From NCBI RefSeq assembly GCF_963676685.1, contig NC_092346.1, positions 104,284,001 to 104,348,000 on the forward strand: DNA of 64,000 nt, in the 5' to 3' direction. A program made the position numbers and the translations under genes. Position 1 is the stretch's first letter, and the number at the start of each line of letters is the position of its first letter. This document shows positions 53,976-64,000 of this stretch, piece by piece. The stretch is from Mytilus edulis (Eukaryota). The notes beneath the pieces were generated by a model. The model was given only the letters and a program-made list of their open reading frames with translations, was not told the DNA's origin and did not search any database.

Positions 53976-54465
53976 AGAGCTATAGAATAGAATAGAATAG
54001 AATATAATAGAATATTTTTAATGACCAAATTAGGGCCCCAGGAGGGCATATAGCATACAAACAATATATTATAAATAATAAAATATACAATACACAGACA
54101 ATAGATATGTAACATGTGTATTAAAATAAAATAAAATAGTATAATATACTATAGAAAGTACAATCAACAAAATAGTAGCAGTGTGTTATTATTCAATGAA
54201 TACTATGTTGAAATTGACTCAAGTGTATTTTCACTTTGGAAAAGACAAACAAGAGGCATTAGTAGTTTGTGCGGAGAAATCTCAATATGGAAAAAACAAT
54301 TAAAGCACTTGCACATTTGACTATGAGGTATCAGAGACATATAATATTAGTATAATATGTCTCTGGATGTATATTGCAAATAACAAGTTTATTTAATAAA
54401 GGATAATAGAGTCGGTGCTTAAAGGGAAGTCCCTACTTGTACTAAATGCAGATGAGACAAGATCC

Positions 54466-54990
54466 TTTATGAGTTACAATTTATGACTAAAATTAGCAAA
54501 GACCCATCGAAACAACATTTAAATTTAACAATACTTTTAGATAATTGGATGATATATTGGCTCTCAATAATGACGACTTCAGTATGTATACTAAAGAAAT
54601 TTATCCCGTTGAACTTACTTTAAATAAAGCTAATACTAACAATGACCACTGCCCTTTCCTCGATCTTGATATCTATATCATTAACGGGAAGCGTAATACA
54701 AAAATTTATGATAAAAGAGATGATTTTTCATTTCCTATCGTTAATTATCCATTTTTAGATGGTGACGTTCCCTTGTCACCATCTTATGGTGTTTATATAT
54801 CTCAACTTGTACGATTCGCTCGTGTATGTAACAACATATTAGATTTTAGCGAGAGAAATTTATGTATTACTGAAAAGTTATTACATCAGGGTTTTCGATA
54901 CCACAAACTAGTCAAAACATTTACTAAATTTTATCATCGGTATAAGGAAATAATTCGTAAATATAACTCAACATGCAAACATCTTATACG
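54466..54990 (+). mobile_element. Penelope-like element reverse transcriptase/thumb fragment
   Basis: (Y)LDDIL, PFLDLDI, KIYDKRDDFSFPIVNYPFL, YGVYISQLVRFARVC are typical PLE RT C-terminal motifs. Frameshifted just before the DD motif and 5'-truncated. Confidence 0.88.
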
Positions 54991-56816
54991 TTTCATTCAT
55001 GTGTTTAGTTTGATGTTGTATTTGTGGTTCTCGTCGGATTTTGTCAAATTTGTTGACGTCTTTTCTATTACTAGTATATTCATGTGTTATGGTAAATAAA
55101 ATTAATCACCGCCTTCATTTATTAGATTTGATTTTGTTCAACGTAATCTACGATAATTTACGTTTGAAGTTGAATTCAAAACAAACTTGACATATATATA
55201 TTATAGTTAATTGTTATTAATAAGTATTGCAATGTGCATTGTGTTTAAATGTAAAATCAGTATTTAGTTCTATTATAATCTTAAATCAATCCTAATTCTA
55301 TCTTACTTTTGAGATATAGTTTTTCAAATGTGACGTCATTTTTGTGATGTTTCAGAAATTCATGTGACGTAATTTTTCTGCCTTTTCACCATTCGTATGT
55401 GACGTCATTTCTATGATTTTTTTGCGTTGAGGCCTGGACTAAGTCGAGTGTGTCTATTTTTCTGTGTTGGTCTTTGCATTATGTATTCGGGTTTTGATTT
55501 CTGTAATTAGTTAATACTTCAGGTATTCAACCCACCATTTTTATCTTTAAAAATGTCCTGTACCAAGTCAGGAAAATGGCCATTGTTATGTAATAGTTCG
55601 TTTCTGTGTGTGTGACATTTTAACGTTGTGTTTCCGTTGTGTCGTTTGTTTTCTCTTATATTTGAGTGTGAATTCACATTGCTGTAAGACGTGTAACGGT
55701 ACTTTTCTGTCCAAAGTTCATGTATTTGGTTTTGATGTTATATTTGTTATTCTCATCGGATTTTGTATAATGCTTAGTCCGTTTCTGTGTATGTTACATT
55801 TTAATGTTGTGTCGTTGTTCTCCTCTTATATTTAATGCGTTTCCCTCAGTTTTAGTTTGTTACCCCAATTTTGTTTTTGTCCATAGATATACGAGTTTTG
55901 AACAGCGGTATACTACTGTTGCCTTTATTTAATATTGATTCACTTATAAGGTCTTTGCATCGGAACATAGGGTCTTTGCATCAGAACTAAACACATGTAT
56001 TTGAAAAACAGTTGTTGGCATGACACGGGTTATGTTCTTCTTATATATTTTATGATAGTATGATACTAAACCCCTAACGGGAGGGATTGTACCTGATATT
56101 CATATGATGAAGACATAATCTTTCAATCAGTTTATTTGAGGTCTGGAGCAGGCATGTCAGTTAACTGCTAGTAGTCTGTTGTTATTTATGTATTATTGTC
56201 ATTTTATTTATTTTCTTTTGTTCTTGTCAGTGACATCGGACTCGGACTTCTCTTGAACTGAATTTTAATGTGCGTATTGTTATGCGTTTACTTTTCTATG
56301 TTGGCTAGAGGTATAGGGGAAAGTTGAGGTCTCATAAACATATTAAACGCCGCCGCAATTTTGCACCTGTCCCAAGTCAGTAGCCTATGACCTTTGTTAG
56401 TCTTGTATGATTTTTAATTTTAGTTTCTTATATAAATTAATTTGGAGTTTAGTATGACGTCCATTATCACTGTACTAGTATACATAATTTCAAGGGGCCA
56501 GCTGAAGGACACCTACGGGTGCGGGAGTTTCTCGCTACATTGAAGCGGCTGTTGTCTCACTCTGCTCTAGGGTCGGGTTGTTGTCGTTTTGACACATTCC
56601 CCATTTCCTTTCTCAATTTTATGCTAAATTATTTCAAATATATTTTAAAAAACATATTTTTAAGATTATGGATTTTGTGTCCAGCCAGCAAGGATCATCA
56701 AGGGACGGTGCCAGAGAATTTGAAATTCTCCTTATGATCTGTGCAGGCTTAACAGGGTATCCATATTCATATTAAAGAGTTATATTGAAATTAGTTATTG
56801 CAGATTATGTTTTTCT

Positions 56817-57025
56817 TCAATTTTTAGTATCTTCTATATATTTATAAAATGCAAATAGTACATTGGGATCCTCATTATTCATTATCCAAATTAATTTGAT
56901 ATTAATATTTAAATTTTGAAAGTTTTGACATGATTTTAATATATTCTGCATCAATTCCTCTCTTCTTAATAAATGAGTGTCACATTTAGATAAAAAATGA
57001 ACTTCATCCTCAAACTCACCTGAGG
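56817..57025 (-). mobile_element. LINE ORF2 3'-terminal fragment
   Basis: EDEVHFLSKC zinc-knuckle half followed by a typical terminal KLIWIM helix. Confidence 0.65.
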
Positions 57026-57329
57026 CTATATAACCAAAAGGAACTTCAAGGGGCCTAAAAATATCCAAATCCATTTAAGTATAACTTTTCCTAATGAAGT
57101 TGAAACGTTATTTTTATGATTTCAAAATTTGTAAACGGTAAGTTTTAGAAAAGATTGTTATAAATTATGTCAGTACCGGAGAACTAGCTACTGAGCTGAT
57201 GATACCCTTGTGGACTGATAGTCCACCAGCAAAGGTATAGACCTAGTAGTAATAACAAAACAATACAGTATGTTGTACATTTATAAATTCCATGAGTCCA
57301 AAGCGCTTTTCTGGATTTACCTTCATAAG

Positions 57330-57650
57330 GTAGAACCTTTCAGAGAACAGCTCACACCAGTTGTTCTCCACAAATTCATTTAACTTATTAGTAGCCTATA
57401 CGTCTGAGTCAGTGACAACCCTACAACAGATGTATCCATCGGATCGCCATCAATGATGGTGATACATGGCTGTGTACATAATGTATATACAACTCGTCTA
57501 AACATCAACCCAACAATGTTAGATCTGTAAATTTGCTTTCGCAAATTTTTGGTTCTTCCCTCGCCGGGATTCGAACCCATGCTACTGTGATATCGTGACA
57601 CCAAATCGCCTGCACTGCAGCCGTCCCGCTAGACCACACGACCACCTGGG
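57330..57650 (-). mobile_element. tRNA-derived SINE-like element
   Basis: A-box TGGTCGTGTGG and B-box GGTTCGAATCC followed by a long non-tRNA body. Confidence 0.65.
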
Positions 57651-57679
57651 TTCTTATAAATAGAGCTTTCGCTGGCCGT

Positions 57680-57830
57680 GGTGGTCGTGTGGTCTAGCGG
57701 GACGGCTGCAGTGCAGGCGATTTGGTGTCACGATATCACAGTAGCATGGGTTCGAATCCCGGCGAGGGAAGAACCAAAAATTTGCGAAAGCAAATTTACA
57801 GATCTAACATTGTTGGGTTGATGTTTAGAC
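57680..57830 (+). mobile_element. Second SINE-like head, exact inverted copy of 57496-57646
   Basis: 151-bp reverse complement with no mismatch seen, followed by (TA)n. Confidence 0.75.
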
Positions 57831-57887
57831 AAATTGTATATATATATAGGCCACGCTGCGCAATACAGTTGATAATATATATATAGT

Positions 57888-57921
<34 letters not shown>

Positions 57922-58533
57922 CCACGCTGCGCAATACAGTTGATAATCTTCAGATCAATGAAGGACTACTGAAAACCTAAAGAAGATAAGGAATGCTCGG
58001 AGTCAAATATTTGTGAAAAAAATCGGCATATAGAAAAAATGAAATATTGATCTATACTACTAAAGAAAGACACCGATTTCATTGAGCCGCAATATGAATT
58101 TCGGTATTTGTCCCCATCGCAACCATATGCGAGGGACATAGAAATTACGGGCATCTGTCCGTCTGATCTTATTACCGCTCTTATTTGTACATTTTTTGCC
58201 AGTCTTTTTATTCTTATATCAGATTTATACATGTTATATGGAATGTCTTGGACGAGTTCGAAAATCAGTGCCGATCAACTGCATCGTTAGCGCTCTCAGT
58301 TGTACAATTCTTGGCAGATAATTAATTTTAAAACTTTATATAATAGGTTTATATCAGCAATGATTGGGTGAGTTCGAAAATCTGTGACAATCAAGATTCA
58401 ATATTTTATTAGAGTCTCACCACTTGTAATACATATAATACCATCATCATAATATATACATTGAATAAAATAGTAAAATTTAGTAATCAATTGTTTTAAA
58501 AAAGAAAGTGCTTCGAAACATTATTTCTATGGC

Positions 58534-59116
58534 AAAGGAGTAGGTCCGGTAAGGACCGATTTTGGCCTCAAAGTTCAGATTTATCTGACAAAAGATTTTG
58601 ACCACTTTTTAAACACTTAAGAGTCTATTTCATTTGAATCAATTAGTTTATGTGAAAGATTTGAACTGATTTAGACATTAAAAACGATCCGATTCAAGCT
58701 CAAATATGAAAAATCAACCAAATATGCCGAAAATGTCACTTTTCGGATGTTTTTTGTCAAAAATGAAAGTGGCCGCATCCGTGTTCATCCTCAACCTTTA
58801 TATATGTTATGTATTATCATAAAATACAACTTCCATTTCAATATTAAGGATGAACACGAATGCGGCCACTTTCGTTTTACACGAAAACCGTCTAAAATTT
58901 AACTAAAATGCTAGAATTGTGAAGAATTCAGTAATTTAGCATGACTTTAAGGTGCCAGTACCCGATATATGTTCATTGTATTGTCAAAAATAGCCCATAT
59001 TTATGTAGCAGAAGCACTCTACTGTTCAATAAATAACTAAAAGTTTACATTTTATCAATTTTGTAAAACTGCTATATTTTGAGGCCAAAAAGGGCTCTTA
59101 CTGGGCCTACTCCTTT
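58534..59116 (+). mobile_element. MITE with ~40-bp terminal inverted repeats
   Basis: AAAGGAGTAGGTCCGGTAAG...TTTTGGCCTCAAA pairs with TTTGAGGCCAAAA...CTTACTGGGCCTACTCCTTT. Internal inverted pair at 58762-58791 and 58847-58876. Second copy at 32672. Confidence 0.8.
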
Positions 59117-60424
59117 TTAACACTTAGCTGTCTTTTGTGTGCAATTCTTGGCAGATATTTATGAAACTTTTATTGTAGATTTATATCAGGAATGTCTCGC
59201 ACGAGTTCAAAATCAGTGCCAATTAACTTTTTTTTAAAAGAGTTATGTCTCTTAAACATATATATATATATTTGCTCTAGCACGGACATTTTTGCCAGAT
59301 TTGAATCAAATTCACATCAAAGGTACACTAACAGCAAATTGTCTTGGACAATTTAGAAAATACGAAAATAAATTTCCTGTATATTCAAGTTCCTAAATGG
59401 TCTGCAAATCCAATTTTAATATAAAAGGTTACATGTGCATCATGCGCCCTCTGATGTGAAATAATAATTTGTAGTTGTTTGTAATATACTAAAGATTAGT
59501 TTCCTCCCAACATAACCAATGGGATCGAAACTGATCAAAACTGTAACCTCTAACTAAGTAATTAAGCCGACGCAAACAATCAAATAGTGCGGCTTACTAA
59601 GGGAGACAATTAATTTAATAGGTTAATTAATTATTGAAATACTTCCCTCATCTCACTTTTTTTAATATTCTTAATCTACCGCGATTTTTTAAAGTTTGCA
59701 TGCGACTGCCAAATAATAAGTATGTGTAGTCTAGTACGTGAAATCAATTTGGGGAAAAAAACCAGAACCTATTGCACCATATGCCATAGCACTGTACGCG
59801 GTAGAAGGTTGCTATAGGCTATGAATTGATAAGTTCTAGGGGGCATCTTGTCAACATAATTTACTTCCTTGTTTACGTAAGTTTATATTATTTCTACGGT
59901 TGTCTCCCTTATAGCGTCGCAAAGCGCTAACTTTGTTATAATTTTATAACAATCAGCGTCTCGAGACCACCGGACTAGAAAATACTTATTCATGTTTGGG
60001 TATGGGAGTGCGGGAGTAATGAAGTCACAGAATATACGCCAAAATGATTAAATATATTATTGAACGCATCTGTTTATGAATTCAGCGCTGACTCACGGAA
60101 CTTTCTATCGGGTAAATTATGTTTAAGAACAATTAATATACCTGATCCGTTTGATATTTTATCATTTTGGAGGATATTCTGTGACATCGCTGAACAAACT
60201 ATCAATGTACATGTATTATATTGGAACTATAACTCATTTAAGCGGAATAGTATACCGGTTTCATCGTTTCATTTGCGATTTATTTTTATTTTTATGATCA
60301 AAATCTTCGAATAATATTTCATTATTATTGTGTAAATTTGTCCTTGTTACAATCAAGTACAATTTCATATAATAATAATTATGTGTATAAGATGGTGGCC
60401 TGTATACCTGTCTTCAACATAGAA

Positions 60425-60427
<3 letters not shown>

Positions 60428-60470
<43 letters not shown>
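60428..60470. repeat. (TA)n microsatellite
   Basis: Directly visible. Others lie at 34548-34579 and 57890-57919, with poly-G runs at 8803-8822 and 63435-63458. Confidence 0.95.
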
Positions 60471-60473
<3 letters not shown>

Positions 60474-60770
60474 GAATACCATTAGCAAGAGTTGTGATAA
60501 TTTTAAACTACTTATGAAAATAAGGAGATGTGGTAGGATTGCCAATGAGACAACTATATTTATTCCATATTGGTATTATTTTAGTAGGTTTCTCTATATG
60601 AATTGAAATTTGAATAAAAAAGCATATTCACCTGAGAAAGTGTTATTCACCGCGCTAAACGTCACGCGCTTTTACATGCAACGTTATAGTAAAATGTTTC
60701 ATGTAAAATCTGTTTTGGTATATGTTTGTCATTAGATACATTTTTTTTTCTCTCGGAATATGAAATAAAA

Positions 60771-60915
60771 CAATTACTGTCTTTTGTTTCGGTAAATATG
60801 GGGTTTAATTGACTTTTGAAAAACTGATATTCACTTCGGCCGTCGGCCTCAGTGAATATCACTTTTTCAAAAGTCAATAAAACCGCATATTTACCTCATC
60901 AAAAGACAGTAATTG
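60771..60915. repeat. 145-bp imperfect palindrome, probably the terminal hairpin of a non-autonomous DNA element
   Basis: CAATTACTGTCTTTTG...TGATATTCACT pairs with AGTGAATATCA...CAAAAGACAGTAATTG around a GC-rich loop. Confidence 0.8.
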
Positions 60916-62194
60916 TATAATATCCACCTGTGTTTCGAAATGAAGGCAATGTAACAATATTATAAACCAGTGTACGGTATTAAATCTTAAAAAAAAAACT
61001 TCAATAATGAGGGGGAAAACACACCGTATAAACGGCTTTAAAAGGCACTGACATGAAAAATACGAAGCTGAGTACGAAGCAATTCAAATGAGTAAAGTAA
61101 CAATCTAATACATATAACATATAAAAAAAAAAAATACGAACAAACAGGAAAGCCATGCACCAACGACAACCACTGAACTACAGGCCCCTGACTTTGGACA
61201 GTCATATAAAGAGTGTGGCGGTGATATTCGTTTAATAAAGTATCTTTTTATGAATGTCATTGTTGGGCTTAATTAAGACCTCGAAATGGGATATTTTCCG
61301 GTTTTATTTATACAAAAAAAAATCAATGAGGCGCCTGTCTGATGTAGACTAAAACTAAATTTACGAGCACTGATAAAGAACAGGGTGAAATTCCAAAGGT
61401 TTGTATTTATCATAATATTACAAAATAAAATTATATACATTATATTTTCCTACTTGTCAAAACTTGTAAACTAAATTATTGGTTCATAGTACATAGTACA
61501 CCTTCCACATATCTTTAACGTTTAATAGTTGCAAGACTGTAATTATGTCAAGCATCAATGATTTCTCTTACAATACATTTTAACACTAAATCATAAATAT
61601 ATTATTTCTATTTTTTTCTCTTGAGATAAAAATCAGCCCCAAAACAATTGCAGTTATCAATTAGAATGATATGAATCAGAAAAAAAGGGAAAAAAGATAT
61701 ACAGGTTTAAAAGATTTTCCATATTCATCATTAAAGTTCCCATAGTTAAATGCAATGCTAAAAGGGTGAACTATCGATTTATTTGTTTGTTAATTCTATT
61801 GTTGTAATGATACAGTGCTGAGCAGTAGAGGAGGACTGAGCACAAACAAAACCCTCCACATTCTATATGTGCCGTTTTCAAGTCTCGAGTCTGTTATTCA
61901 GTGGTTGTGGCTGGTTGTTATCTATTATATTTGGGTTTTTTTTGTATATTGTTTTAGCATTAATCTGGCCATTGTTTTCCTTGTTTAAATAGTTTTGCAT
62001 TTTGTCATATCGGGACCTTCTATATAGCTATCAATTTGGTATGGGTTTGGCTTATTTGTAAACGCTGCAAGATGACCTGTAAATGTATATATCCACACCA
62101 ATTGGATAGTTGTTACATTAGCAATCAGACCACAGCTTAAAGAAATTATAAATTGGAAACCTATTTATTGTTAAATATAAACAGAAAATTAATA

Positions 62195-62530
62195 GGGCAT
62201 TTTGCTAAAATTCGCATTAGTAATAGTGTTCTTAGAATTAGAACAAGGGCGTCACACTAAAACCCCTTTAGAATAAAGAATTTGTCCTTTGTGTCTCAAA
62301 AGTAGAAGATGAATTTAATTTCACTTTATAATGTACAAAACTAAATATAATTACAAACCAATTGTCAAAGTTTTCCAAAATTAGTGAAATAGTTCCCTCT
62401 TTTTTAAATATAACTAATGAAGCAAGATTTAAATTTTTGTATACGTGTGGTAAGACTGATACAATTAGAATTGTTGTTAAATTGATAAGCGACATGTACA
62501 TTTCTAGAAATGCTTTATTAAGTACTAAAG
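62195..62530 (+). mobile_element. Decayed LINE ORF2 3' fragment
   Basis: Broken frames read FAKIRISNSVLRI..GRHTKTPLE*RICPLC..VEDEF.FTL*C. Confidence 0.7.
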
Positions 62531-64000
62531 AACTTTGTGGTACCACCTCCTCAATGTTTATGAATTTGGTATGATATATATGTCTGTATGTGTGTCATGT
62601 TTGTGTATAAACAATGTGTATTGTCTTGGTATCAATCCTGTAATTTTGGATTTCAAACCATTAAAAATTACTTACTTACCACACCTCCTTACCGAATTTT
62701 GTAACCCCCACCTATTTCGTTTATATATATGTGTATTTAGGTCCTTCATTTAAGATTTATTTGCCACTGGATGTTCTTCAAACAACAATTATTTAAACTT
62801 ATCATCATAAAATATAGTATCAAAAACAAACCCTTGAAGTCGTATAAGTCATTATATAAGATTTTGCTATCATCCTTAGGCTCCAATGTCAGCCCGAGGC
62901 GTCAATGAAAAATAAAAATTAATAAATACATTCGGTTTCAATTTTGACAAGCTTATTTTTTCATATAATTTCCGGTTTTATTTTTTTTTTTACTTTTGTG
63001 TACATTTAATAACCAAAGTATTATTTTAAAATAGAGATGACTTGATCTGACGTGCTGAAAGGAAGTCTTCTTAGAAATAGATCATTAATGAGTTGCCTAG
63101 CTACAGTGGATTTTGAATTATAGACGACCTTTATCTGATCTTGAAATGAAACATCCCCCAACTGCGTAGCATTTTTATTTTCGCTCAATTAAACCAGATC
63201 AATAAAGCATCAAAATTCAATGATTTGAAAGTGTTCGTCAGAAGTTATTAACTTTATGATAAAAATCAATTCGAATGTGCTGTTCAATTAATCAATTTCA
63301 CACAAAGACAGTGTAAATCGATGTTTAAAAATTGAAAAAGTCATAACTTCCCATCAAAATAATTGTATCGACATTGTAACTAACTACAATACGATAACCA
63401 ATTTAAGGAGCAATCATTATACTTTAAAAAGTAGGGGGGGGGGGGGGGGGGGGGGGGGCTATGGTTTTTGTCTGAGACAGAAAATTCTTCGACTCTGTCA
63501 ATCAATTTTTTTTTCAAATTTAACATTATGAGGTATTAGGAAAAACTGGATTCAGAAACGTTTTTTATTTGTCATCTGTTTGATCACAATATTTTTTTTT
63601 TATCAGATTGGGGATCCGAATTTGGTTTTAGAAAAAAACATTACACTGCCCCACCCTTTTTGAAGTTAAATGGTCGTTCCGTTAGGACTTTTTACGATTA
63701 TTTTTGTATTTGCAGTACGAATCCAATTCGTTGAGAATATTTTTATGAGACATAACAACCGATTATGAAATTCTAAATAATTCTGAAGTAATGAAATTGT
63801 GAAGTTCGTGATAAAGATTTTTACGAATTCGGGAGAAAATGTCAATAAGCTATCTACATAGTTGTTGTTCTAGTGGTCAATGAACAATTGTCTCATTTGT
63901 AATCATTCCACATCTTCTAATTGTTACAATTCGCCGCCAGTTCAAAATCTAATGCCTTCCTCAATGGATAACATTTTAAAAGCGTACACCAAACCGCAGT

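Noticed and set aside
57680-57770. Functional tRNA gene
   Set aside because: A and B boxes are present, but I could not fold an acceptor stem or anticodon arm, and there is no oligo-T terminator right after it.
59400-59890. Promoter or first exon (GCGCCCTCTG motif, donor AC|GTAAGT at 59877)
   Set aside because: Isolated short motifs with no downstream exon identifiable in the window.
873-62753. Remaining 60-110 aa ORFs in the track
   Set aside because: Mostly non-ATG starts and AT-biased F/I/L/K/Y composition. They overlap repeats or lie antisense to called features, with no motifs.

Overview
AT-rich, repeat-dense eukaryotic DNA with spliceosomal introns. The repeat repertoire (Helentron/HINE-type elements, hammerhead-ribozyme repeats, Penelope-like RT, tRNA-SINE) suggests a bivalve, probably a Mytilus mussel (inference, not a search result). 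Most ORFs in the track are noise or transposon debris. The main signal is a co-oriented + strand cluster (about 12.0-36.9 kb) of six small paralogous genes: five intact and one pseudogene. They encode 90-114 aa proteins without a signal peptide, made of an acidic N-terminus and two tandem H-x(3-5)-C-x(15-21)-C-x-C modules. I do not recognise this family; it looks like an intracellular double metal-binding (3Cys-1His) domain. Most members share a splice donor at or just after the stop codon, four share an upstream promoter motif, and two have paralogous 3'-UTR exons. Embedded in the cluster is a 46-aa single-pass membrane micro-ORF (19174..19314) that the ORF track misses, and a divergent two-exon 83-aa candidate gene flanks the cluster. 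The right half holds a decayed APE-RT LINE, a Penelope-like RT fragment, two intact type I hammerhead ribozymes, MITEs, a perfect 151-bp head-to-head SINE inverted repeat and several local duplications.
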